From contig JBMNES010000001.1 in NCBI GenBank assembly GCA_050948905.1, forward strand, positions 821,448 to 885,447: a stretch of 64,000 nucleotides of DNA. The letters run 5' to 3'. Position numbers and translations under genes: made by a program. The stretch comes from Armatimonadota bacterium (GTDB taxonomy: Bacteria > Armatimonadota > UBA5829). Shown in pieces: positions 25,801 through 37,638 of this stretch (position 1 is the first letter of the stretch; each line of letters begins with the position of its first letter). The notes beneath the pieces were generated by a model. The model did no database searches, was not told the DNA's origin, and saw nothing but the letters and a program-made list of their open reading frames with translations.

Positions 25801-25917
25801 AGAGAAAGGCACTAAACAAGCCAAAATCGATGGATAATCCTGAAGCAGCGAGTCTCCTTGACATTGAAGCGGGTGGGTGTTAATATCCAAATGTGTCTTA
25901 TGATTCGGAGCATTGGG

Positions 25918-26961
25918 ATGAAAGACTCACACACTGCCTCCCTGGACCGCCGCAAACAGGTCATACTGAAAGCCGTCGTGACAGACTACGTTCGGACGGC
26001 TGAGCCGGTTGGGTCGCGTTCGTTGATGACTCACTACGGCCTGGGAGTAAAATCCGCCACAATTCGCAGCGAGATGGCCGAGCTTTCCGAGCTGGGTTAT
26101 CTGCATCAGCCGCACACTTCAGCAGGCAGAGTCCCATCGGACAGGGGCTACAGGTTCTATGTAGACTGGTTGATGGGCGCGGCGGGATTGGCGCGGGTAG
26201 AGGTGGAGCATATTCGCAGCAGGCTAACGCCAAGACGTGCGGAGATGGATATCATCCTGGAGCAGACCTGCAAAACCCTCTCGGACCTCGCTCACCAGGT
26301 ATCGGTGGCTACATATCCTTCATTCGAAGACGCGAAAATCAGCCATATAAGCGTGGCGAAGGTTGGCAGGGGACGACTGTTGGCGCTGCTTGTATTAGAC
26401 AGCGGCCGTGTGCTGCATGAGTTTCTGGATATTTCGGTTGACTCGATTGATACGGCTGCGACTACAGAATTTTTAATGGGCAAGTTCGAGGGAATGACCC
26501 TGGATGCCGCCAAGTCCATTACGGTGGACGCAGATCTCGTCCCTGTTTTGCAGGAGATCACTTCAAAACTGGTCAATTTGATCGACAGCGAGTCGTCAAT
26601 GGCGTCGGACGCCGACGTCACCACAGAGGGCACCTCATATATTATGCAGCAACCTGAGTTTCGTGACACGAGACGCCTGGAGGCGCTGCTTTCCGTGCTG
26701 GAACAGCGAAGCGCACTTTACAAGCTGGTGTCCTCCGCGTATCTTGGGCCGGGGGTTACGGTGATGATCGGCTCGGAGAACCCGGTGGAGCAGATGCAGG
26801 ATTGCAGCTTCGTTTGCGCGAGATACAAGATTATGGGACGGCCAGCCGGCACTATCGGCATCCTCGGCCCCACTCGTATGGACTACCGCCGAGCTGTAAG
26901 CGCGGTGGATTTTATGGCCGATAGCCTCGGAAATCTGCTTACTTCTCTCAGCGTGGCCTGA
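25918..26961 (+). CDS. hrcA: Heat-inducible transcription repressor HrcA
   Basis: GGAG RBS; N-terminal RRKQVILKAVVTDYVRTAEPVGSRSL winged-helix typical of HrcA; ~347 aa. Confidence 0.8.
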   Translation: MKDSHTASLDRRKQVILKAVVTDYVRTAEPVGSRSLMTHYGLGVKSATIRSEMAELSELGYLHQPHTSAGRVPSDRGYRFYVDWLMGAAGLARVEVEHIRSRLTPRRAEMDIILEQTCKTLSDLAHQVSVATYPSFEDAKISHISVAKVGRGRLLALLVLDSGRVLHEFLDISVDSIDTAATTEFLMGKFEGMTLDAAKSITVDADLVPVLQEITSKLVNLIDSESSMASDADVTTEGTSYIMQQPEFRDTRRLEALLSVLEQRSALYKLVSSAYLGPGVTVMIGSENPVEQMQDCSFVCARYKIMGRPAGTIGILGPTRMDYRRAVSAVDFMADSLGNLLTSLSVA

Positions 26962-27028
26962 ATTACCTGCCATTATCGCTCGGCAGTTTGCGGTTTGGAA
27001 ACAGGCGCTGCGCGGGAAGAAGTGGGCT

Positions 27029-28438
27029 ATGAAAACCCTTTTTCTCAATCCACCATCATTTGAAGGCTTTGACGGCGGCGCTGGGGCGCGGTATCAGGCG
27101 CGACGGGAGATCAAATCTTTCTGGTATCCGGATTGGCTGGCTCAAGCGGCGGCGCTGGTCGAAGGCAGCAGGCTGGTCGACGCGCCTCCGGATGATCTGA
27201 CCGTTCATGACGTGGTCGAGATCGCTGCGGACTACGATTTGGCTATTTTATATACCTCTACCCCATCTTTTGCAGGGGATGCGAAAATTGCTGAATCGAT
27301 AAAAGAGGCCAACGACTCAATTAAAATCGGCTTTGTTGGGCCGCATGTCACGGTGTTGCCGGAGGAATCTCTTCAAAACGCCCCGGCGGTGGATTTTGTT
27401 GTGCGAAGGGAGTTCGACTACGCCGTCCGGGACATCGCTGCGGGCAGGAAGCTCTCCGAAGTCGATGGGGTGAGCTACAGGGAGGGAGGCTCGGTACGGC
27501 ATAATCGACTTCCCGATCTGATAACCGATCTCGACGCACTGCCGAGTGTGCTGGATGTATACAAGCGAGATCTGACCATTGAGAATTATTATAACGGCTA
27601 TTTACTTCACCCATATCTCTCCCTTTACACCGGCCGCGGATGCACTCATTATTGCTCCTTTTGCCTTTGGCCGCAGACCGTATCAAGCCGGAAGTTCCGG
27701 ACACGCAGCCCCGAATCCGTGTATCGAGAGTTCGCACAGGCAAAGGAGTATTTTCCGCAGGTCAAGGAGTTTTTCGTGAACGACGATACATTCACCGCAA
27801 ACCGCCCCAGAGCCGAGGAGATCGCCCGTAAGTTCAAGCCGTTGTCAATAACCTGGGCCGCGAATGCCGCAGCCGACGTGCCTTATGAGACGCTTAAAGT
27901 GCTGAAGGATTGCGGGTTGCGGATTCTGGTGGTGGGCTATGAGTCCGGCTCAGATGTGATTTTGCGCAATATTCGCAAGGGCGTGACCACAGATATGGCC
28001 CGCAGGTTCACCGATGATTGCAAGAAGCTCGGCATAGATGTTCACGGCTGTTTTATATTGGGCCTGCCGGGGGAGACACAGGAAACTATCGAAGAGACGA
28101 TCCGCTACGCCTGCGAGATCGACCCTGACATGCTGCAAGTATCGGTGGCGGCGCCGTATCCCGGCACGGAGTTTTATAAACAGGCCGTAGACAACAATTG
28201 GCTTTCCCCGACGGACCTACTCAACTCTGAGGGGATTCAGGAGTGTGTGTTGAATTATCCGGGCCTGTCTCCCGCCGACATTACAACAAGTGTAGGCCGA
28301 TTCTACCGTCGCTTTTACACGCGTCCTCGGGTTTTGTATCGCATAGGGCGCAAGATGATGCGCGACCCGCACGAACGGCAGCGCCGTCTTCGCGAAGGCA
28401 AAGAATTTTGGCAGTATCTGCGGACGCGAGACGATTGA
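27029..28438 (+). CDS. hpnJ: B12-binding radical SAM protein, hopanoid biosynthesis-associated HpnJ-like
   Basis: N-terminal MKTLFLNPPSFEGFDGGAGARYQARREIKSFWYP resembles HpnJ; CxxxCxxC radical SAM motif (GCTHYCSFC); ~470 aa. Confidence 0.7.
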   Translation: MKTLFLNPPSFEGFDGGAGARYQARREIKSFWYPDWLAQAAALVEGSRLVDAPPDDLTVHDVVEIAADYDLAILYTSTPSFAGDAKIAESIKEANDSIKIGFVGPHVTVLPEESLQNAPAVDFVVRREFDYAVRDIAAGRKLSEVDGVSYREGGSVRHNRLPDLITDLDALPSVLDVYKRDLTIENYYNGYLLHPYLSLYTGRGCTHYCSFCLWPQTVSSRKFRTRSPESVYREFAQAKEYFPQVKEFFVNDDTFTANRPRAEEIARKFKPLSITWAANAAADVPYETLKVLKDCGLRILVVGYESGSDVILRNIRKGVTTDMARRFTDDCKKLGIDVHGCFILGLPGETQETIEETIRYACEIDPDMLQVSVAAPYPGTEFYKQAVDNNWLSPTDLLNSEGIQECVLNYPGLSPADITTSVGRFYRRFYTRPRVLYRIGRKMMRDPHERQRRLREGKEFWQYLRTRDD

Positions 28439-28447
28439 TTTGCACAA

Positions 28448-28801
28448 CTAGGGCGCAGATGGCGCGGCGTACTTCACCAGATCTCCCTCGACCGGCTTTT
28501 CAGCGCCCTCCGCAACATCGAACGTGATCTCGGCGGTCTTGTCCTCAATCTTGGTAATACTTCCAGTGGCGATCAACTCCGTGAGAACCTTCAGCACCTC
28601 CCCGGTGTCCGGGTCTTTCAGCACCCTGCCCTTTTTATGAAGCTCGACCTTATCGCCCGGTAAATACCCTTTTGATGTCCCGATATTCGCGATGATAACC
28701 GGGCCTTCTACATTAAGCACGACTCCGTCGGGGCGCGCCATCGGACGATTTTTGGGTGTGAGCACCAGTTTTTTCGCGTCAAGTGCAGCGCAGAAATTCA
28801 A
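28448..28801 (-). CDS. Hypothetical protein, translationally coupled (ATGA overlap) downstream of the CsgG-like gene
   Basis: ORF only; no family recognised. Confidence 0.4.
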   Translation of the reverse strand: MNFCAALDAKKLVLTPKNRPMARPDGVVLNVEGPVIIANIGTSKGYLPGDKVELHKKGRVLKDPDTGEVLKVLTELIATGSITKIEDKTAEITFDVAEGAEKPVEGDLVKYAAPSAP

Positions 28802-29475
28802 AGCCAGTCATCGATGGCTTTCTTTGTTGCGACGCCGAGGATGGTGTTCATAAAGTCTGTGCTGCCGAACTCGATGCCTCCCAGCCCACTGCGACCGAGT
28901 GCGGCTATCTGGAACTTGCCGCGTGAATCCTCTCCTCTGCCGTTATAGCTGCCCAAAATCTCCGCAGTCTCTGCGTCAACAACCCGGATATCCACCTCAA
29001 CATTCGCTTTGGTGTTTGAGGACCTGACGCCCGCAAGCCCGCCGATTACTCCGCCAATCCCGCCTGTATTGCGGGTTGTCCAGGCGAACTGCGTGACTTT
29101 GCCCATAAGAAGATAATCGACTCCGACCACCTTTCCGATTTTAACTGCTGTACGGGCGTCGACCCGCGAAGATGCGCCGAGGTCCTGCTCGGCTATGGCT
29201 TTATCCAGCAGGTTGCGCTCCATCAGCCTGAATCTGTTCTTTTCAAGCATCGTGGTGGTCAATATATCGGCCAGCCCGGTGCCGACGTCCCAGTTTGTGC
29301 CCCACCAGGCTTCTCTCTTTATAGCGCCGTCGTCCAAAGCCACGATCGCAATCGAGGGTCGCTCGGCCATAGGCACATATTGTTCCTGTGGTTGTGGTGT
29401 CGCCTCCGCAGAGTATAGCGGCACAGCCAGCACCACGAACAGGCCTATCATAATCGTCATACTTATTCGTCTCAT
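28798..29475 (-). CDS. CsgG-family (curli-type secretion channel-like) protein with a signal peptide and no lipobox
   Basis: ADILTTTMLEKNRFRLMERNLLDKAIAEQDL resembles the CsgG core; signal peptide MTIMIGLFVVLAVPLYSAEA. Confidence 0.55.
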   Translation of the reverse strand: MRRISMTIMIGLFVVLAVPLYSAEATPQPQEQYVPMAERPSIAIVALDDGAIKREAWWGTNWDVGTGLADILTTTMLEKNRFRLMERNLLDKAIAEQDLGASSRVDARTAVKIGKVVGVDYLLMGKVTQFAWTTRNTGGIGGVIGGLAGVRSSNTKANVEVDIRVVDAETAEILGSYNGRGEDSRGKFQIAALGRSGLGGIEFGSTDFMNTILGVATKKAIDDWL

Positions 29476-29538
29476 AAAAGCCCTCCTTAGTACGAAGATT
29501 CGCCTTAGTCACTCTATCGGAGGATAAATGCCTTCTCA

Positions 29539-30921
29539 TCAGGCATCGGCCAAAAGCTGTTTGGCCTGAGCGATCTGTTTTTTTACTTGATCCAGGGCCG
29601 TGCCGCCGTCTGCTATGCGCGCAGCGACGCTGGCCTCCACGGTAAGCATGCCCGCGATATCATCGGGCGCTGCGGGGGCGTACTTTTTTATCTCATCAAG
29701 GCTGAGATCGGCAAGCTCCTTGCCCGCCTCCACGCAATATCCGACCAGCGCACCCACCTGCTCATGAGCAGTTCTAAACGATATTCCCTGACGAACAAGG
29801 GCATCGGCAAGATCGGTGGCGGTGGAAAAAGCCTCGCCTGCGGCCTGGTGCATTCGGTCGGAGTTGAATACTGCGCTTGCCAGCATTAGTTTGAACACGA
29901 CAAGTGACGCCTGCGCGGTGTCGGTGGCGTCGAAGAGCCGCTCCTTGTCCTCCTGCAGGTCGCGATTATAAGCCATCGGCAGGCCCTTTTGCAGGGTGAG
30001 TATGGCCATAAGGTCCCCTATCACCCGGGCGCTTTTTCCGCGAACCAACTCCGCCACATCCGGGTTCTTCTTCTGGGGCATAATCGACGACCCCGTGGTC
30101 ACCGAATCGTCCAGCACAACAAATCCGAACTCGGAGGTGTTCCAAAGGATGAATTCCTCGCTAAAACGCGACAGATGGGTCATCAATATCGCGCAGGCAG
30201 AGATATACTCCGACGCCCAATCTCGGTCAGCAACGGTGTCGAGGCTGTTTTCTGATACGGAATCGAAGCCCAACTCATCGGCCACAAATTGCCGGTCTAT
30301 CGGGAACGTTGTGCCTGCAAGCGCACCCGCGCCCAGCGGCAGAACGTTGAGCCTCCTCCGACAATCTGCAAACCTCTGCCTGTCGCGCTCCAGCATCCAG
30401 AAATATGACATAAGATAGTGCCCCAGCAGCACCGGCTGGGCGTGCTGGAGGTGGGTATAGCCTGGCAGAATTACGTTCGCCTGCGCCTCAGCCTGATCGA
30501 CGACCACCCGCTGCAGATCAGCTATGCGCATATTGATGACGTCGATAGCCTCTCGCAGATATAGCTTGACATCCGTGGCCACCTGGTCATTTCGGCTTCT
30601 TGCGGTGTGCAGCTTCTTTGCAGGCTCGCCAATTCGATCAACCAGGAGTTTCTCGACGTTCATGTGAACATCTTCGGCGCTGGTGTCGAACTCGATTTTG
30701 CCTGCGTCAGAGTCATCAAGAATCGAGTTCAGACCCTGCACTATTTTTTGGGCCTCGTCCGGCTGGATTATCCCGCATTTGCCCAGCATTTGTGCGTGAG
30801 CGATGCTTGCTGTTATGTCGTGAGCGATCAGCCGGCAGTCGAACGAAATCGACTCGGTGAAATCCTCGACTGCCTTATCTGTCGCCTTTTGAAATCTTCC
30901 GCCCCAGAGTTTCTTTTTCAC
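29539..30921 (-). CDS. argH: Argininosuccinate lyase
   Basis: MKKKLWGGRF..; fumarate lyase signature region; 460 aa. Confidence 0.9.
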   Translation of the reverse strand: MKKKLWGGRFQKATDKAVEDFTESISFDCRLIAHDITASIAHAQMLGKCGIIQPDEAQKIVQGLNSILDDSDAGKIEFDTSAEDVHMNVEKLLVDRIGEPAKKLHTARSRNDQVATDVKLYLREAIDVINMRIADLQRVVVDQAEAQANVILPGYTHLQHAQPVLLGHYLMSYFWMLERDRQRFADCRRRLNVLPLGAGALAGTTFPIDRQFVADELGFDSVSENSLDTVADRDWASEYISACAILMTHLSRFSEEFILWNTSEFGFVVLDDSVTTGSSIMPQKKNPDVAELVRGKSARVIGDLMAILTLQKGLPMAYNRDLQEDKERLFDATDTAQASLVVFKLMLASAVFNSDRMHQAAGEAFSTATDLADALVRQGISFRTAHEQVGALVGYCVEAGKELADLSLDEIKKYAPAAPDDIAGMLTVEASVAARIADGGTALDQVKKQIAQAKQLLADA

Positions 30922-31087
30922 GGTATTCTTCCTATTTTATACTGTCGATATCACTACCCATTTATTCCTTGCCCGCCATCCATTTGCCTTCATGTCGACC
31001 TCAAGAATCATATATAAACCCGTAACCGCGACCAAAAGAGCGCGTCATAACTAACGTAGACATTCTTGCAAATGGGGTAGTTCCAAG

Positions 31088-31675
31088 ATGCGAAAATACA
31101 GACTGATAGTTCCACTAATTATCTCGTTCATCGTCCTGGTATTTTGCAGCCAGGGAGTGTTTGCTCAGCCGAAGTCAAAAACGAAATCAGCGAAGGCCGC
31201 ACGCGCGCTGAAGCTGACTGATGCTCAGAAAACAGCTATCAAAGGCATTCGGGCTGATGCTGCCGCTCAAATCAAGGCCGTTCGAGCCGACGCATCCCTC
31301 ACCAAGGATGCAAAAAAAGCGAAGATTTTGGCCATACGCCAGGCTGCGCGTAAGCAGATCCGATCGCAGCTGACTCCTGCACAGCAAAAATTGTTTTTGA
31401 AGCACCGCAAAAAGGCAAGAATAAATGCGGCTAGAAAGCTCGCGAGATTTCTCAAGCTTACCGCCGAGCAGCGTGCCTCGATCAAAGCTATTATGAAAGA
31501 TCGACACACGCAGATAGTGGCGGTACGAAAAAATGCGTCCCTTTCGGCAGAGGCCAAGAGAGATCAAATCAAGGCCATCCGAACAGCCACACGGGCGCAG
31601 TTTCGGGAGGTGTTGACACCTGAACAGCGGGAGAAACTCGATGCAGCGAAAGGCAAGCGGTTCAGAAAAAAGTGA
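31088..31675 (+). CDS. LTXXQ-motif periplasmic protein (Spy/CpxP-like), secreted
   Basis: Signal peptide; repeated LTDAQK / LTPAQQ / LTAEQR / LTPEQR motifs. Confidence 0.7.
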   Translation: MRKYRLIVPLIISFIVLVFCSQGVFAQPKSKTKSAKAARALKLTDAQKTAIKGIRADAAAQIKAVRADASLTKDAKKAKILAIRQAARKQIRSQLTPAQQKLFLKHRKKARINAARKLARFLKLTAEQRASIKAIMKDRHTQIVAVRKNASLSAEAKRDQIKAIRTATRAQFREVLTPEQREKLDAAKGKRFRKK

Positions 31676-31735
31676 ACCCGGTTCAGCCTAAAAGGTGGCG
31701 TGCTTGGGGCAGCTTGCCGCCACCTTTCCGCCTTT

Positions 31736-31770
31736 GCCTCCGGTGACCCTCCTCCGGAGGCTTTTTATTT
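31736..31770 (+). terminator. Rho-independent terminator after the first LTXXQ gene: GCCTCCGG..CCGGAGGC stem followed by TTTTTATTT. A second 10-bp hairpin AAAGGTGGCG..CGCCACCTTT lies just upstream at ~31691-31728
   Basis: Stem-loops and T-tract read in the sequence. Confidence 0.7.
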
Positions 31771-31893
31771 ACCTCGTGCGGTGTTAATTGCGCGTAATAT
31801 GCGGGAATTATGATCATGTAGCATCTGTGTAACGAATCTACGAAAGGGTGGTATCGGGGCGCGGCGATGTCGCGTGTTCGAGAGAGATTCACG

Positions 31894-32508
31894 ATGCATA
31901 GGATGAAATTAGTGCTCTTGGCGGCGCTTGTGTTAGGGGCATCGGTGCTGGTGCTGCAGGCCGCTTCTGCGGCGAAGGTGGTGCGAGCAGGTGCAGGACC
32001 GGAGATGTCCAGAGTCGAGCTGAACCTATCAGCCGATCAGATCGCCAAGATTGAAGCAATACGAAAGGAAGCCAGAGAACAGAGGCTGGCCATCGACAAG
32101 GAAGCGCTGACTAGGGAGGCCAGGCGCGATAAGATCGTCGAGCTTCAGAGGAGCACCCATGAGAAGGTGATGGGAGTGCTGACCCCTGAGCAGAGAGCGA
32201 AATGGGATGCGAAGATGGCCGAACGCCGCTCTCACCGATTTGACAAGCTGAGTGAATTCCTCGGTTTAAGCCCGGAACAGCAGGCGCAGGTGAAGGCTAT
32301 AACTGCAAACGAACGAGCCAGCCTGAATGCAGTCCGTAACGATAAGAGGCTGAGTAAAGCGGAGAAGCGTGCGCAGGTAAAAGCAATCCGCAGCGATGCA
32401 CGGGATAAGTTCCTGCAGGTGCTGACTCCTGAGCAGAAAGCGAAACTGCAGTCCGGCCAGCACCACGGGCGGCATATCGAAGGGCATCCGCGGGCTCGAG
32501 TAAGATAA
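31894..32508 (+). CDS. LTXXQ-motif periplasmic protein (Spy/CpxP-like), tandem paralog
   Basis: Signal peptide MHRMKLVLLAALVLGASVLVLQAASA; LTPEQRAKW, LSPEQQAQ and LTPEQKAK motifs. Confidence 0.7.
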   Translation: MHRMKLVLLAALVLGASVLVLQAASAAKVVRAGAGPEMSRVELNLSADQIAKIEAIRKEAREQRLAIDKEALTREARRDKIVELQRSTHEKVMGVLTPEQRAKWDAKMAERRSHRFDKLSEFLGLSPEQQAQVKAITANERASLNAVRNDKRLSKAEKRAQVKAIRSDARDKFLQVLTPEQKAKLQSGQHHGRHIEGHPRARVR

Positions 32509-32532
32509 CTTGCGCCCAGCCCTGACGGAGTG

Positions 32533-32561
32533 TTGACAAGGGCGCGGGGACGTGATAAGAT
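32533..32561 (+). promoter_or_regulatory. Sigma70-like promoter TTGACA-N17-TAAGAT upstream of rplU, followed by a 10-bp-stem leader hairpin (32580-32604, GGGGCGCUGA/UCAGUGCCCC)
   Basis: Consensus -35 and 17-nt spacer; structured leader before the ribosomal protein operon. Confidence 0.6.
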
Positions 32562-32634
32562 AACGGGTTAGTGTGTGTTGGGGCGCTGAGAATATCAGTG
32601 CCCCTTCGATAACTCGGTGCAGCGGGGGTTAGAA

Positions 32635-32946
32635 GTGTACGCCATTATAAAAGCCGGCGGCAAACAATACAAGGTCGTCGAAAATGACATAATTGAGGTC
32701 AATAAGCTCGACGCCGCAGAGGGCGAAGAGGTTGTCTTCGACAAGGTGCTGCTTTTCAGCGGCGATGACGGCGTCAAGATAGGATCGCCTTACGTGGAAG
32801 GCGCGTCTGTGACGACCAAAGTGACTCGGCAGTATAAAGGCCGCAAAGTCAGAGGCTTCACCTATAAGCCGAAGAAGAATATTCACAGACGGTATGGACA
32901 CAGGCAGTTGCTCACCTCCGTCTCAATACAGAAGATTTCAGCCTGA
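32635..32946 (+). CDS. rplU: 50S ribosomal protein L21 (GTG start)
   Basis: [15 protein letters not shown]-terminus typical of L21; GGGGG RBS. Confidence 0.9.
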   Translation: MYAIIKAGGKQYKVVENDIIEVNKLDAAEGEEVVFDKVLLFSGDDGVKIGSPYVEGASVTTKVTRQYKGRKVRGFTYKPKKNIHRRYGHRQLLTSVSIQKISA

Positions 32947-32959
32947 GGGGTAGATAGAT

Positions 32960-33220
32960 ATGGCGCATAAAAAAGGACTTGGCAGTACTAGAAACGGTCG
33001 GGATAGTAACCCGAAAAGACTCGGCGTAAAAGAGTTCGCCGGTGAAGTCGTGACGGCAGGCAGCATCCTGGTTCGTCAGCGCGGCACGCCGCTCAACGCC
33101 GGTGTGAACGTGGGCAGAGGCAAAGATGACACTCTGTATGCCAAGATTGATGGCGAGGTCAAGTTTGAGACCCTCGGCGGCAAGAGAAGAGTCAGCGTCT
33201 ACCCGGCGACCGCGAGTTAG
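32960..33220 (+). CDS. rpmA: 50S ribosomal protein L27
   Basis: [24 protein letters not shown] hallmark of L27. Confidence 0.95.
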   Translation: MAHKKGLGSTRNGRDSNPKRLGVKEFAGEVVTAGSILVRQRGTPLNAGVNVGRGKDDTLYAKIDGEVKFETLGGKRRVSVYPATAS

Positions 33221-33254
33221 CTCGCGATCCCACCACTTCGTCTGTAAGGGGAGA

Positions 33255-33292
33255 TGAATCGCGAACCGATTCGTCTTCCCTTTTTATTTATA
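33255..33292 (+). terminator. Imperfect hairpin plus TTTTTATTT between rpmA and obg (attenuator/terminator)
   Basis: GGGGAGATGAATCG..CGATTCGTCTTCCC followed by a T-run. Confidence 0.5.
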
Positions 33293-33320
33293 GTCTCGCG
33301 TGTCTGGCAACTCCGTATAA

Positions 33321-35727
<2,407 letters not shown>

Positions 35728-35767
35728 CGGTGAATATACCGCGCAAGCTCCGTTTTGAGGAAGAGAT

Positions 35768-37015
35768 ATGAGCGAAGTTAGAGATAAATGCGCTGCGGCG
35801 AAGGCTGCGGCCGCAAAGCTGGCTACTGTGGGGTCTGCGGTGAAAGACGCGGCTCTTATGGCTATGGCGGACGCCTTTGAGGCCGAAAAAGAGGCGTTGA
35901 TAGAGGCCAATCGCATCGACACAGCGGCGGCTGAGAAAAACGGTATATCCGGGGCGATGCTCAAGCGACTTACGCTTGATGATAAGAAAATCAGGCAGAT
36001 GGCGGATGGGGTGAGGCAGATCGCCGCGCTGCGCGACCCTGTCGGGGAGACCATAGAGGCGTATCTTCGACCCAACGGAATGGAAGTGCGCAAGGTAAGG
36101 GTTCCGATCGGGGTTATCGGTATTATTTACGAATCGCGGCCGAATGTGACCGCTGACGCGGCGGCGTTGTGCATAAAATCCGGCAATGCAGTAGTGTTGA
36201 GGGGTGGTTCGGAGGCGATCAACACGAACCTTGCCATTGCCAGGATTATTCAGAGTTCTATCACGGCGGCCGGGTTGCCTGAAGGCGTCGTGCAGATTAT
36301 CGAGACCACGGACAGGCAGGCGGCCCGCGAATTGATGGGGATGCAGGATTATGTGGATTGTCTGATACCTCGGGGCGGCAAGAATTTGGTGCGCACAGTC
36401 GTGGAAACCTCCACCATTCCGGTTATCTGGCACCTCGACGGCAACTGCCATGTGTATGTCGACGAGGCTGCGGAGATGGCGATGGCGTGTGATATTACTT
36501 TTAACGCCAAGGTTCAGAACCCCAGCGTCTGCAATGCCGCAGAGACCCTGCTGGTGCACAAATCGGTGGCCAAAGACTTTTTGCCTGCGGTTTGTGAGAG
36601 GCTTACGCAGGCCGGAGTGGAGTTGCGCGGCTGCGAAGAAACAAGAAGGCTGGTAGACGGCATAAAAGAAGCGGCTGAGGAGGATTGGGGGGAGGAGTAT
36701 CTTGACCTGATCCTTGCTGTTAAAGTCGTGGAGGATATCGACGAAGCCATAGATCATATTAACAAATACGGCAGCAATCATACGGACGCCATAGTCACTG
36801 AGAGTTATTCGGCGGCCCGGCAGTTTGTGAACGAAGTCGATTCTGCGTGCGTATTCGTGAATGTGTCGACCAGATTCTCCGATGGATACGAGTTCGGCAA
36901 GGGCGCGGAGATGGGCATATCGACGCAGAAACTGCACGCAAGAGGGCCGATGGGTATCGAAGAGCTTACCACTTATAAATATGTGGTGACGGGCAACGGC
37001 CAACTGCGAGGATGA
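35768..37015 (+). CDS. proA: Gamma-glutamyl phosphate reductase (glutamate-5-semialdehyde dehydrogenase)
   Basis: ALDH-fold ProA motifs and length; adjacent to proB. Confidence 0.9.
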   Translation: MSEVRDKCAAAKAAAAKLATVGSAVKDAALMAMADAFEAEKEALIEANRIDTAAAEKNGISGAMLKRLTLDDKKIRQMADGVRQIAALRDPVGETIEAYLRPNGMEVRKVRVPIGVIGIIYESRPNVTADAAALCIKSGNAVVLRGGSEAINTNLAIARIIQSSITAAGLPEGVVQIIETTDRQAARELMGMQDYVDCLIPRGGKNLVRTVVETSTIPVIWHLDGNCHVYVDEAAEMAMACDITFNAKVQNPSVCNAAETLLVHKSVAKDFLPAVCERLTQAGVELRGCEETRRLVDGIKEAAEEDWGEEYLDLILAVKVVEDIDEAIDHINKYGSNHTDAIVTESYSAARQFVNEVDSACVFVNVSTRFSDGYEFGKGAEMGISTQKLHARGPMGIEELTTYKYVVTGNGQLRG

Positions 37016-37044
37016 TTGCTGGATAAGCGGCGGAGGTTGTAGGA

Positions 37045-37638
37045 TTGCGTTTGGGCTTGATGGGCGGGACATTCGATCCGATACACATTGGACATTTGAT
37101 ACTCGCCGACCAGGCAATGGAACGCCTTGCTTTAGAAAAGGTGCTGTTCGTGACGGCGGCCAACCCGCCTCATAAATGCTGTGAGCAGGTCAGTGATGCG
37201 GCGCACAGATTAGAGATGACGCGGTTGGCTATAGAAGGCAACGCGGCTTTTGAGTTGTCGACAGTGGAGATGGAACGCGACGGCCCGTCTTATACCATAG
37301 ATACCATCAAGCATTTGTTAGGGATATATGGCGCTGGGACTGAAATATTTCTGTTGCTCGGCGCCGATGAAGGCCGAGATTTGATGGGCTGGCACCAGCC
37401 CTTGCAGATAAGCGAACTGGCTAACATCGTGATTGCTAACAGACCCGGTATGGCAGTGTCGGAGGTCATTGAGACTCTGCCTGTTGAGCTTGGGCGGCGG
37501 GTTGTGCCGTTGGATATGCCGGGCGTGGATATATCGTCTACAGATTTGCGCGAGCGTGTTCGATCGGGCAGGTCGATACGTTATCTGGTCCCCGGGCCGG
37601 TGGAGGATTACATTTGGGCGAAAGGACTGTACAAGTAG
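37045..37638 (+). CDS. nadD: Nicotinate-nucleotide adenylyltransferase (TTG start)
   Basis: GLMGGTFDPIHIGH motif. Confidence 0.85.
   Translation: MRLGLMGGTFDPIHIGHLILADQAMERLALEKVLFVTAANPPHKCCEQVSDAAHRLEMTRLAIEGNAAFELSTVEMERDGPSYTIDTIKHLLGIYGAGTEIFLLLGADEGRDLMGWHQPLQISELANIVIANRPGMAVSEVIETLPVELGRRVVPLDMPGVDISSTDLRERVRSGRSIRYLVPGPVEDYIWAKGLYK

Noticed and set aside
24503-25864. Full ORF-track extent of yeeE, 5' boundary at the ATG at 25864
   Set aside because: The first ~70 codons run through the conserved 55-nt element in a different frame from copy A, and they precede the first predicted TM helix with non-protein-like sequence. A shorter gene starting near 25640 is more plausible, though the start remains uncertain.
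25600-25917. CIRCE operator (TTAGCACTC-N9-GAGTGCTAA) upstream of hrcA
   Set aside because: No match found by eye in the hrcA upstream region. Only a partial GAGTGCTC occurs at ~5925, in an unrelated hairpin.
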